A stretch of DNA of 64,000 nt from contig JBBRCZ010000010.1 in NCBI GenBank assembly GCA_038204425.1, positions 32,001 to 96,000 on the forward strand. The letters are read 5' to 3'. Of the stretch, positions 39,432-49,372 are shown piece after piece. The position numbers were made by a program, and so were the translations under genes. The notes under the pieces were generated by a model. It did no database searches. It was not told the DNA's origin and worked only from the letters and a program-made list of their open reading frames with translations. Source of the stretch: Spirochaetia bacterium (lineage in GTDB: Bacteria > Spirochaetota > Spirochaetia > DSM-27196 > Salinispiraceae). Numbering within the stretch: the stretch's first letter is position 1; each line of letters starts with the position of its first letter.

Positions 39432-42400
39432 CTAGGTTCTGGTTCCCCCCATTTCTAGAATTAGCTCTACTTCGCCGCGGCTAAGTTTAGTAGTGCGGGC
39501 TATTTCTTCAATGCGCCAGCCTTGCTGGGATAACTTGATTACGACATCCCGTACACTTTGCGAAGGACCGCCAGCAAGAATAGATTGTTTTGCACTATCA
39601 TTAGCAAGATCCTGTTTTACCAAAGTAGAAAGAATATTTACTTTTTCGTCAGCTTCTTGGCTTATTTCGACCAGTCTAGTTTCGGTTCTTGCTAGCCACT
39701 CTCGTGACTTGTTAAGTTCTTCTATGCGACCTTCTACATCTTTAAGAACCTTATCTAAGTTTACCATGCTCTTTAGTGCCGTGTCTGCTTCTTTCTTATG
39801 TGAAGACAGATTGGCTACCCTGTCGCCCAAGTCCTGCACACGCTGCGGCAAACCATTGAGGGCGCCGTTAATTCCCTGAATCTGTCCTTCAATAGCTCGC
39901 AATTGTTGAAAACTCTTCTCAATCCCCTCTGCTGTTGCATCAAGCACATCACCCTTGCGCTCAAGTCGCTCGTACTTGGCAGAAACATCTTTCTGCACGT
40001 CTTCGAGGTGGCGCATCGAAAGCTGAATTTCGGTGAGCGTATCATTGCTGGCGGTAACCTGAGCCATCTTCTGGTCAACAACATTAGAAATACTCATCAG
40101 CTTCTTGTAGTCATCATCAAGACTGTCCAAACGGCGCTTTTCGGCCGTAAGTTTGGCGATCTTTTCATTGGCTTCCTCAGCTAACTTGCGCACCTTGGTC
40201 AAATATGGGTCGAGATCTAGGATAGTCTTGCGCTGTTCTTCCACCGACTGAATATCTAAACGAAGCTTTTCTATTTGATCAGCAAGAGCATCCTTAAGAC
40301 TGTCTGCTCGTTCAAATAGCTTGGTTTGAGCGACAAAACTTTTAACTCGTTTGTCGATTTCACGCAGGTTTACATCAACCGTCTTTACGTCATCATCTAG
40401 CTTGCCAAATAGGCGGCGTTGCAGTGTTTCAAACTCGTTGCGTGTTTCACTTGCAAACTGTTTAAAGCTGAGTATTTGAGTTTCGGTCTCTTCCTTGAGA
40501 TCACGATTTTGTTGCTGAATATCAATTTGAAAGCTCGAATAGTCTCGCGTCAAGCTATCAAGAACCTGGCGGGTCTTATATTCTAAATCGGTATGAAAGT
40601 TTGCAAGCTTTTCGGCCATATCGGAAACTTCTCGCTTAAGATTTGCTCTCTCAGCAGTACCCTCAGCTACTAAATCGTTGCGCTCTTTGTCAAAGTCAGT
40701 ACGTATAGTCTCAAGCTGGGTACTTGCATATGACTTTAGAGTGAGCAGTTCACTTTCCAATCCGCCTTGAGAAGCCTTCATATGATTAAATACCTGGCTC
40801 TGCCACTGAGTAACGTCAGACCGAATAGTTTCAAACATTGCTGTTAAGTCGCCTGACTGGTTTTTGTAGTCCTGGTCGTTCCTCTGTAGGCGTGCTTCTA
40901 CTTCTCTTTCATAGGTCCGGATTCGATTCTCGAGGTCTTGATTCATCCGCACAAACTCACGTTGCACGGCATCGATGGTACTGACCTGAATACCCTTAAC
41001 CTCGTCACGGACGCTGGCTTGCACATTTAAAAGTTCCTGCTCGGTGCTGCCAAGGCGCTCTCGCAAAGATTCTTGAAAAGCATCAAACTCATCGCCGACC
41101 TTTTGCAGTCGCCCTTTAATGTGGGCGTCAAGTTCTCCCAGTCGAGTTCTGATTAAATTGTTGTAGGACTCTTCTAGCATCTGACGTTCGGCCTGTTCCT
41201 TAGAAGAAATACTCTCCAAGGTGCCTTGAACGTGGCCTTTCCAGTCAGCTATAGCATTCTCCATACGTTGGCTGCGTGCTTTTAGGTCTGCAAAAAAATT
41301 ATCCTCAAATCCCTTGAGTCCATCAGTTACGTTGTCATAAGCGCGCTTTTTTAGCTCATCGACATCGCGTTCTACATCTATCATCTTTAGGCCAATTGCT
41401 TCTAAATGCTTATGCGCTTGCTGAATATCAAGGTCGTGCTTGGCTCTAAAACCTTTGCCAAGTTCATCCACATCAATCTTTAGTTTTTGGGTAAGCCTCT
41501 CCATAGACTGGCGCAGGTTACCTTCCAAGTTGCCAATGTCGTCATTGACTGTCTCAATCTTTTCCATGCGGTAAGAAATTTCTTTTTCGTAGTCCTTTAG
41601 TCGAGTTTCCACCCCACCCAAGATACCTTGTTGATACTCTTCGCTCACTTGTCTAATTCTCGACGAAGTGTCACTTGCATAGCGCTTAATTTGTTCTTCC
41701 AGTTCGCGAACCTTTTGTGATACAGACTGCTCAAGCTGTGACATCAACTCTTGGGTCTCGCTGTTCATTTGCTTGCCGCGGCTGATGTCGTCACTACCCT
41801 GCGCTACAATGGCAGTAATTGAATGCCGTTGCTGTTCAAGTGACTTTAGCACTTGCTCATTCATAGTAGAGGTAATTGACTCACTCTGTGCTTTTATCTT
41901 TTCAATATCAGTTCGAAACACACCAATAGCTTCTTCTTGAAGTCTAAGACCTTCGGCTGCGACGTGAGCAAAACGATCTTTGATATCACCAGAAAAGTGT
42001 TCAAACTGAGATTGCAATCCACCCAACTGATTCTGCATGTCCTTGCGAGCCTGCCCAACATCTCCAGCAAAGTTTTCTATGTTTTGCCTCAACTGTTGCA
42101 TTACGTCATCACGATGGCGTGAGAGCTCTTGCTGCACCCCTTCACGAGTGGTGTCGGCCATAGTGCGAGTTTTGTCACGCAGCGTTTCAAACTCATTCTG
42201 CGCCATCAGTTCGGCTCGGTTAAAAATTTCTTGTATTTCTTGAAATCGAAGTTGAGCCGTGGCGTGCATATCTTGGGCGCGATGGTATTCGTCTTCAGAC
42301 TCTTTAAGTTGTTTGGAAATCTCGCCTTGGTACTCGCCCAAAAGCTGATTGACCTCTGTTTTGACCTGACCTGTCATCTTTCGTGCTTCGTCACGCAGCG

Positions 42401-45400
42401 CATCAACTCGTTCCTGAAATCCAGTCATTGCATCGCGTCGCAAACTGGCACCGTCGGCCTGTAATCCTTTGATTCGTTCCAGCACTTCACCACGCTGTTG
42501 CTCAAGTTGTTTTTGCAAAAGATCAAGTTCGCGGTCAAAGCTGGTTTTGTTGGTGCCGAGCTCAGTGCCCATATGTTCCCAGACTTGGCGGGCTTGGGCA
42601 AAAATAGCTTTGTGTTTTTCATCAGTGTCTTTGAGAAAACCCTCTTTAAAGACGTTGACTAAACGCAGCGCCTCGGCTGACTGTGAGTCCAAGTCTGACT
42701 TGATTTTGCCTCGTTGTTTTACCAATTCGGTGGAAACGTCACTAATCTGAGCTTCTATCTCTGATCGGATACCAGCAACCTTCTTGAGCTCGGTCTGGTA
42801 GGCCTCAACCTGCTTGCCAGCTTGAACTTGAGCATCTTTGGTAGCGAGAATAAACTCGTCTTGCACTGACCTTGTTAAGGCCTTTGCCTCGTCTCTCAAC
42901 TTGGCGACTCGTTCCTTTAGCCCTTCAAAGGCTTGCTCTTCAATGGTCTTACTCTGTTCCTGAAGATTCTTAAGGTGTTCGCCAAAAGTAGTCTTCCATT
43001 GTTCGATTTGTTGGTTTAAGAACTTTACATCTTGATCAACATCGCTGCGGGAGTGAGAAATATCCGATTTAAGACGAATGACACTTTCGTCAAGCTCTTG
43101 AGTGACCTGTAGCTTCCGTTTTTCTAGTTCTACCAGTACGTCATCAAAACCATTGCTGGTTTGTGCACGAGCCATCTCGCGAACTTTTTCTAGTTCACCA
43201 GCGATATCGCGTTCGGTCTTGGCTACTAAATCTTGCCATGACGCAATCCGCCCCTGAGTTTCAACCCCAAGTGCAATTAGACGCTTAAGGTCATTCTCGT
43301 TAGAGTCCAGCAAGCCTTGCACTTTACTTTCTTGATCCTTGAGAACCACTTGGACTTCGTTTTGAATCTTGTCGTATAAGTCATTAGCTCGCTTTTGAAC
43401 TTGAACAACTTGCTCCTGAACTTCTCCCAAGGTATCTTGATGAAGTCCTTGTGCCAGGCCTCGCAGCTCGCCAATTTGACGTTCTAAGCCACTCTTCCAA
43501 AAACTAAGTTCATCAGAAAAGACTTTTGCCGTATCCGTGAGCTCTTTAGTTTGCGAGTCTTTACGTTTCACAAACTCTTGGGCCGCTGCCTTTAGGTCGT
43601 TCTCAATATTATTTTTGGTTGAAACTAAACTGCGATCAAGCATGTTCTTGAGCTCAATGGCACCATCTTCAAAATCCTTACGTAAATTAGTAAAGGCCGC
43701 CAACGAGCCAGTTTTTAGTTCTTCTGTTCGGCGTACTTGGGCCTCCACTTGCGTATTTATGACATCATGTTGATTGGCGAGCTTTCGAAGCTCTTCCGAG
43801 CTTTGCGCTAAAAGCCCTTGTGTCTCTTTCTCTTGAACCTCCAGCAAGCCACTAACTTCTTTCTTTAGCTCCCCGGTTCGTACATCAAGCAAGTCTTCAA
43901 GTCCTTTAATCTTTTGATCAAAGCCAAACTTAGCTTGGTCGGCGCGACTAATTGATAGCGTCTCAACCTCGTTCATGCGGCCGTTTGCTCGCTCCTCCCA
44001 GTCATGGATAGAAGCAACGATTCGCTGGTATTCAATTCTAAGTTGATCTTCACCCTTGCCAAGTTCTTCTCTTATTTGAGTAAAGCCAGCAGAGGATCTG
44101 GTCAAAATTTCATCACGTCCGCGTTGATAGGTTTCATCAAGGTCGGTTGTTGTAGTCCGTGCCAACTGGGCTGCATGATCACGCAAACGAGAAAACTCAT
44201 CTTGAACAACATCCTCGGCTTTGGTAATAAAGCCTTCCAAATCTCTAACACGACCTGATAAATGTTGTTCGTAGGCATCGAGTCGCTCGCGAGTTTCAAC
44301 AATGTAACCTTCGATTGTCTCTCGATGTTCCAGATTTGCCTTGCGACTAGATTCGTTGAGGGTTTGCACTTGGCTCTCAAGGCTAGACATATAGTCTCGA
44401 CTTGCTTCTATCCAACCATCAACTCGGCCGCGCATATCATTAAAGCTCTGGTCTATTTGATCGTGACTTGCCTTAACACTGGCGTTGACGTTGTCAACGC
44501 GCTGATTGATGGCTTCTTGCATGCTTTCTGTCTTGGTATCAACGTCGTTGCTGATGCGAGAAAGCAAAGTCTCGGCAAGAACAGAGCCGCGCTGCTGGGC
44601 TTCCAAAAGTTTTTCTTCAATTGCTTTTTCTGCGTCATAAATGTGACCTTCTAAGCGATCCAACTGACTTTGCGCACCACCTTGAAAATCTTTGATCAAG
44701 CCCTCTTGAAGAAGTACGGCCGATCGCAGGCTGTTTTCGAGCTCTGTTTGATGTCGGTCGGCATCGTTCTTGAGGTCTCGCATCTGCACTTCGTACCGAT
44801 CATCTTGTTCTCTCGAATGGCTTCGCAGCTCTTCTTCGAGACTGCTGTTGTAGTCAAGCACTTGATTTTGCCATTGACCGACCTCGCCCTTAAAGGTCTC
44901 AAGTTCCTTTTCCGTCAATTGACGTGCCTCACCGGCTAAGTCACGAACCATCAGTTGTAGTTCTTCCATGCGGGACTTGGCCTGGTCTTGGGCTTGGTGC
45001 AAGTCGAGCATAATTTCATCTTGAGCTTCTTTAATAAAATGAGACAAACCTGCCAGTTCGCCCGCGGCTTCTTGGTCTTTTTTCTTTAGACTGTCGCTAA
45101 GACTTTGACCAGCCACCTGCAAAGTAGTCTGTAGCTCGCGCTCCCATGCCTCGGTCTTGTCCTTTAGGCGAACAATTTCACCCTCTACGGCTTGTTCTTC
45201 AGCACTAATCTTGAGACCAAGCTCGTCAATTATAGATCTAAGTTGTACGTAGCGTTCGTCTAAACCTTCTTGAATAGAAGCAGACAGTGTTCGCAAGGCT
45301 TCTGTTTCCATAACAGCACCCTTGGCGGCTACGGTATCGAGACGTTGGTAGTATTGGGCTTCAGTAGCCACAAGCCGTTGGCCAAATTCGTGTTCGACTT

Positions 45401-46070
45401 CATCAAAGTTTTTGCGATAGCCTTGAGCACGGGCAGAAAGATTGGACTCGACATCCTGAATAAGCAGGTTCATTTTGTGGTAACGGTCAGCCGCGTCCTT
45501 GTCTAGCGTGTCGAGTCCAGACTCGAGACCGCCAAGTCGCTGCTTGAGACCTTCTACAATGTTTTCGCCCATAGCCTGCAGGCCAAGTTGGTTTTTGTCT
45601 TGGAATTCTTGCAAAAGATTAGGGACTCTGTCTTGCAGCTCCTGCAATTGCCCAGCAGCCTGCCGAATTTTGCGCCCAACTTTGTCGATATAGACTGACT
45701 CATCGCGCAGCCTGCCAATGTTTTCTTCTGCCTTTTGAGTCATGGTCACCAGTTCACGCAAGGCCGTATCGTATGACTCAATACGTGTACTCAAGTCTTC
45801 CATGCCACTGGACTTATTTGCGAGATTTTCTTCAGCAACGGCAAGACGCTCTATTGCCATCTTGCCAGCTTGTTGATGCACTTCTACATCAATTGCCATG
45901 TCTTTGAGTAAAACAACTTTTTCCTGGGTAATAGCGTCTAGGTCCGCCATTAGTTTGTCACCAAGCCGTTTTACTTTTTCCAACGACCGATTGTTTCGGT
46001 CAAGCTGGCGGTAAACTAACAAGATAACAAGCACTATGCCCGTCACAACGAGGTAATCAATTAAAACCAT
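39432..46070 (-). CDS. Giant membrane-anchored coiled-coil protein (SpiroCoCo-like) with C-terminal HTH-like motif
   Basis: N-terminal TM + YRQLDRNNRSLEKVK; about 2,100 aa of heptad-rich helix; ends QGWRIEEIARTTKLSRGEVELILE. Start 46070 (SD GAGGGG). Confidence 0.8.
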   Translation of the reverse strand: MVLIDYLVVTGIVLVILLVYRQLDRNNRSLEKVKRLGDKLMADLDAITQEKVVLLKDMAIDVEVHQQAGKMAIERLAVAEENLANKSSGMEDLSTRIESYDTALRELVTMTQKAEENIGRLRDESVYIDKVGRKIRQAAGQLQELQDRVPNLLQEFQDKNQLGLQAMGENIVEGLKQRLGGLESGLDTLDKDAADRYHKMNLLIQDVESNLSARAQGYRKNFDEVEHEFGQRLVATEAQYYQRLDTVAAKGAVMETEALRTLSASIQEGLDERYVQLRSIIDELGLKISAEEQAVEGEIVRLKDKTEAWERELQTTLQVAGQSLSDSLKKKDQEAAGELAGLSHFIKEAQDEIMLDLHQAQDQAKSRMEELQLMVRDLAGEARQLTEKELETFKGEVGQWQNQVLDYNSSLEEELRSHSREQDDRYEVQMRDLKNDADRHQTELENSLRSAVLLQEGLIKDFQGGAQSQLDRLEGHIYDAEKAIEEKLLEAQQRGSVLAETLLSRISNDVDTKTESMQEAINQRVDNVNASVKASHDQIDQSFNDMRGRVDGWIEASRDYMSSLESQVQTLNESSRKANLEHRETIEGYIVETRERLDAYEQHLSGRVRDLEGFITKAEDVVQDEFSRLRDHAAQLARTTTTDLDETYQRGRDEILTRSSAGFTQIREELGKGEDQLRIEYQRIVASIHDWEERANGRMNEVETLSISRADQAKFGFDQKIKGLEDLLDVRTGELKKEVSGLLEVQEKETQGLLAQSSEELRKLANQHDVINTQVEAQVRRTEELKTGSLAAFTNLRKDFEDGAIELKNMLDRSLVSTKNNIENDLKAAAQEFVKRKDSQTKELTDTAKVFSDELSFWKSGLERQIGELRGLAQGLHQDTLGEVQEQVVQVQKRANDLYDKIQNEVQVVLKDQESKVQGLLDSNENDLKRLIALGVETQGRIASWQDLVAKTERDIAGELEKVREMARAQTSNGFDDVLVELEKRKLQVTQELDESVIRLKSDISHSRSDVDQDVKFLNQQIEQWKTTFGEHLKNLQEQSKTIEEQAFEGLKERVAKLRDEAKALTRSVQDEFILATKDAQVQAGKQVEAYQTELKKVAGIRSEIEAQISDVSTELVKQRGKIKSDLDSQSAEALRLVNVFKEGFLKDTDEKHKAIFAQARQVWEHMGTELGTNKTSFDRELDLLQKQLEQQRGEVLERIKGLQADGASLRRDAMTGFQERVDALRDEARKMTGQVKTEVNQLLGEYQGEISKQLKESEDEYHRAQDMHATAQLRFQEIQEIFNRAELMAQNEFETLRDKTRTMADTTREGVQQELSRHRDDVMQQLRQNIENFAGDVGQARKDMQNQLGGLQSQFEHFSGDIKDRFAHVAAEGLRLQEEAIGVFRTDIEKIKAQSESITSTMNEQVLKSLEQQRHSITAIVAQGSDDISRGKQMNSETQELMSQLEQSVSQKVRELEEQIKRYASDTSSRIRQVSEEYQQGILGGVETRLKDYEKEISYRMEKIETVNDDIGNLEGNLRQSMERLTQKLKIDVDELGKGFRAKHDLDIQQAHKHLEAIGLKMIDVERDVDELKKRAYDNVTDGLKGFEDNFFADLKARSQRMENAIADWKGHVQGTLESISSKEQAERQMLEESYNNLIRTRLGELDAHIKGRLQKVGDEFDAFQESLRERLGSTEQELLNVQASVRDEVKGIQVSTIDAVQREFVRMNQDLENRIRTYEREVEARLQRNDQDYKNQSGDLTAMFETIRSDVTQWQSQVFNHMKASQGGLESELLTLKSYASTQLETIRTDFDKERNDLVAEGTAERANLKREVSDMAEKLANFHTDLEYKTRQVLDSLTRDYSSFQIDIQQQNRDLKEETETQILSFKQFASETRNEFETLQRRLFGKLDDDVKTVDVNLREIDKRVKSFVAQTKLFERADSLKDALADQIEKLRLDIQSVEEQRKTILDLDPYLTKVRKLAEEANEKIAKLTAEKRRLDSLDDDYKKLMSISNVVDQKMAQVTASNDTLTEIQLSMRHLEDVQKDVSAKYERLERKGDVLDATAEGIEKSFQQLRAIEGQIQGINGALNGLPQRVQDLGDRVANLSSHKKEADTALKSMVNLDKVLKDVEGRIEELNKSREWLARTETRLVEISQEADEKVNILSTLVKQDLANDSAKQSILAGGPSQSVRDVVIKLSQQGWRIEEIARTTKLSRGEVELILEMGGTRT

Positions 46071-46139
46071 AAGTCCCCTCTCCCAGGTTCCTATGGCGTT
46101 CAGTATATACACTTACAAGGAATTTTTGAACATACTATT

Positions 46140-46796
46140 TTAGAAATTCTTTAGAACAAATGCTTTAAAAACGTCATAAGAGCGAAATTGTAAGTCAATT
46201 TGAGGTGATTTATGTTTTTTTTGACCCAAATAGGCCAATCCCATACCAAGCTCAGAAGCTCCCTCTATGTCGTAGTGCCATGAGTTTCCTACGTACAAAA
46301 CCTCTTCGGGTTTGCAAGAAAGGCTTTCTGCAAGCATTAAAAAGGCCTTCTTACCAGGCTTAAGCTGGCCGCATTCCTCGCTGCAAATTGCGCAATCAAA
46401 CAGATCATCCACGCCTAAGAGTTTAAGCTTATTGCGGACTGGGAAATCAGAAAGCACGCCAGTCTTGATGCCTCGAGAACGGATAGTCTCTATACAATCT
46501 CTGACACCATGAAAGAGAGGAATACCACGCAGGATATTTTCCCAGTTGGTATAGACAATAGTTTCTATTTTGTTTTTGGCATCCAGAAACTCTATATCTA
46601 ACTTTGATGCCAAGACCTCAGCCTGCTGCCTATAGAAGTCTTCTACACTGTCTTGTTTTCTGAGTTCGATGCGAGTTTGATTAAAGGCCTTCAAAAAATT
46701 AAAGTTTTTCAGCCCCCACCACAATGAGCGACGGTACATGGTGGCATTGGGATACAAGGTTCCGTCTACATCAAAACCAATAGCTTTCCATTGCAT
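46140..46796 (-). CDS. HAD family hydrolase
   Basis: FDVDGTLY, VLSD, LKP, YVGNSWHYDIEGA. Confidence 0.9.
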   Translation of the reverse strand: MQWKAIGFDVDGTLYPNATMYRRSLWWGLKNFNFLKAFNQTRIELRKQDSVEDFYRQQAEVLASKLDIEFLDAKNKIETIVYTNWENILRGIPLFHGVRDCIETIRSRGIKTGVLSDFPVRNKLKLLGVDDLFDCAICSEECGQLKPGKKAFLMLAESLSCKPEEVLYVGNSWHYDIEGASELGMGLAYLGQKKHKSPQIDLQFRSYDVFKAFVLKNF

Positions 46797-46809
46797 GACG
46801 CGTATTCTA

Positions 46810-48195
46810 TCATTTTATTGCGGGGGCGAGAAAGTCCTGCGCGGCCTTGATTTTGACCAAAAAAGCTTTTTCAAGCGGATATCTTTTTATCAATGACGCA
46901 GTTGAGGTCTCAAAGTTGCGTTCGAATACTACCGTCCTAAACTCTCCCTGCTTATCTATATAAGGAAACAGCACGGCAATATGATAGTACTGCCAGAGTC
47001 GTGGGCTGCTACCCCATTCGCCATTTATGGCAGCCAAATAGAAGTTCCCCGGCTCTTTGAGTGCCAAGAGATACATGGCAGCCTCAATGTCACTTATTTC
47101 ATAACCTTTGTTTTGCACGAACTCCAAAAAAGGAATATTGTTAACGTCTCTGTCTAACATACTGAGCGATTTTTGGCCGGTCCTAGCTTGATGTAGATTT
47201 ACGCCTATGCTTCTAATCCAGTCCAAACCAAAAAAAGGATCACGGCTAATTTCATAAGCTCGGGTCAAACTGTTACCACGAAGTTCTAAGTGGCGATCTT
47301 TGAGCTCATCTATCTTGAGGTAACCGGGTTCGGTGACCTGCTGGTCATCAACGGATCTATTTTTGTTGAGATTGATTGCACTATTTTTATTGAGAAAGAC
47401 ATAGAGGCCATCGGCAATCCACTTGGCAAAACCAGAACAATTGAGCCCCATTGGCCCACCGATTGGAAAACTTGAAATAGTAGTAAGGTTACCAAACTCA
47501 TCTTGGGCGCCATCCTCGCCGTCTGGAAGACCCGGTAAGGCTTGCCTTATACGAGAAATCATGGACTCAATTGCTGTAAAATAGCCGTTGTCGGGAACAT
47601 CTAGCAAAAGTTGCCAAGAGATGCGTCCTTTGGTTTGGGTCAGAATTTCGGCTATGGATTTGAAGGACAACTGTTCTATAGAAACAGGTAGAGAAATGCG
47701 GCGATAAGCAGGATTGGCAATACCGGCAACGAGCACTGATAGTTCACTATGTCCTCCGCGCGGCGAGATGATTGCGTAAATTTGAGGGCTTTGCCTTAGG
47801 CTCAGTTGAAGCTGGTCAATCGCTCCAGTGCTCAGTTGGCGTTTGATCAAAATCGATCCAGGGTTTTCGGGCTTAAATGTACCTGAGCGCACACTAAGAA
47901 AGTTTAAGATGAGGTGAGTTTTTGTTTTTGATACGTTAAAACGAAGCGCTGCACGTCCTAGTTGGGCAGGAAAATCCTTGCTACTACTGGGCGCTATTTC
48001 ACGCACTGGATCGGCAAAAAATTTCTGCAGTTCCCTTCGCGCGTAACTATTGTCAGAAAACTGCGACAAATAGGCGTCGTCGCCGTAGGCACTTAGCTCA
48101 GGTGGTGTTAGAAAAAAAGTGCATCCAATAAAACCAACTAGTAGCAGACGAGCACTAAGAATCTTGGTCATCAAAGAGTCGGCGCGAAAATTCAA
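46810..48195 (-). CDS. Exported hypothetical protein with NlpC/P60-like Cys/His motifs
   Basis: Signal peptide; GLNCSGFAKW and YYHIAVLF; 461 aa. Confidence 0.65.
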   Translation of the reverse strand: MNFRADSLMTKILSARLLLVGFIGCTFFLTPPELSAYGDDAYLSQFSDNSYARRELQKFFADPVREIAPSSSKDFPAQLGRAALRFNVSKTKTHLILNFLSVRSGTFKPENPGSILIKRQLSTGAIDQLQLSLRQSPQIYAIISPRGGHSELSVLVAGIANPAYRRISLPVSIEQLSFKSIAEILTQTKGRISWQLLLDVPDNGYFTAIESMISRIRQALPGLPDGEDGAQDEFGNLTTISSFPIGGPMGLNCSGFAKWIADGLYVFLNKNSAINLNKNRSVDDQQVTEPGYLKIDELKDRHLELRGNSLTRAYEISRDPFFGLDWIRSIGVNLHQARTGQKSLSMLDRDVNNIPFLEFVQNKGYEISDIEAAMYLLALKEPGNFYLAAINGEWGSSPRLWQYYHIAVLFPYIDKQGEFRTVVFERNFETSTASLIKRYPLEKAFLVKIKAAQDFLAPAIK

Positions 48196-49372
48196 TTGAG
48201 CCCCCTATGCGCTGCTGAAACTGCTCACAAGTTAAAGCAATTCTTGGCGTCACTTCAAAAGTGCGTGTACTCAAAGTCCTTGAAAGCCAAGACCGAGAAC
48301 GCATCTCAATCGCTTTGCTATAAGTCTGATGGTCTAAACGGCAATGCCTTCCGGCCGGTCCCCACTCCAGACTGTTTTTATAGTACTTGACGGCACGGGC
48401 GTTGGCCAAGCACTCATTAGCAAGCTTCTGAGTCACAGCGCTTTTATTATCGACCAAGTGTGGCACTTCTTCGACCATAGTTTGGTAGCCTTGCTTGGAA
48501 AAATTGCTTTTGCTAGAAATAAACAATTCACCATTCCAGTTACAGTCTTTTTGTTCGTTTAGCCCATAAGCCGCCACTGATTCGCCTGACTCAAGCCCAA
48601 GGCGGCAAACTTCTCCCTGGATGAGTGGATTCTCGAGTGGCAAAAAATAGAGGTTGGCTTGGGCGGCAGCGGCCTTTCTCCAAAGGGATCCAGCCCGTCT
48701 TAGCGAAAGCATAGGCAAAAAATCAAATTTGATAGCCTTGTCAAGAAAACATTTAGCAAGTTCTGCTTGTACTTGATCGTAAATTATAGTCTCAAAATCG
48801 ACTAGTAACCACCTAAAATCTTCAAATTTCTGCAGTTCCAATTGTTTGACTATAAAACTTGCCCATCGTAGAACAGAATGCCCGGCAATTGGACTTGTAG
48901 CCTCAAGCAAACTTTTTGCCTCAGCAATAGATAGAAAACTGACAACCCAGAGCTTCTTACCGATTTCGTCTGCCCGATACAAACCCTGCTGCGCGGTTGT
49001 CAGTGCAGTGCTCAAACTTGGCAAAGCAAGCAGTTTTTTGAGACTTCTACGCATATTAAGTCGTGTCTCAAAAAGCCTTTTTCGAAGACCCAAGAATGTT
49101 GAACTAAGCTGCAAGTCATCGATGGCAGGGGCCAGTTTTGAAAGATCAAACTGACCTTCTGCAAAAGCAGCTTGCCTAGAAAGCCGCTTGAGTTGATAAC
49201 ACCAATACAGCTCTTTAAGTCCATAGCGCGCGTCAGCACCTTTACTTTGTAAGGCCGCCAAGCCGGGTACCATAGTCTCCCATCTGGCAAATTGCTCGGG
49301 ACTTAGGTCAAGCAGTTCCAAAAGCTCTACCAGAGCAAGCTCAAAAACCTGCTTGTCGATTGCCTCGCTCAT
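48155..49372 (-). CDS. Hypothetical protein
   Basis: 405-aa ORF with ATGA overlap on the der stop; no family motif recognised. Confidence 0.6.
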   Translation of the reverse strand: MSEAIDKQVFELALVELLELLDLSPEQFARWETMVPGLAALQSKGADARYGLKELYWCYQLKRLSRQAAFAEGQFDLSKLAPAIDDLQLSSTFLGLRKRLFETRLNMRRSLKKLLALPSLSTALTTAQQGLYRADEIGKKLWVVSFLSIAEAKSLLEATSPIAGHSVLRWASFIVKQLELQKFEDFRWLLVDFETIIYDQVQAELAKCFLDKAIKFDFLPMLSLRRAGSLWRKAAAAQANLYFLPLENPLIQGEVCRLGLESGESVAAYGLNEQKDCNWNGELFISSKSNFSKQGYQTMVEEVPHLVDNKSAVTQKLANECLANARAVKYYKNSLEWGPAGRHCRLDHQTYSKAIEMRSRSWLSRTLSTRTFEVTPRIALTCEQFQQRIGGSIEFSRRLFDDQDS

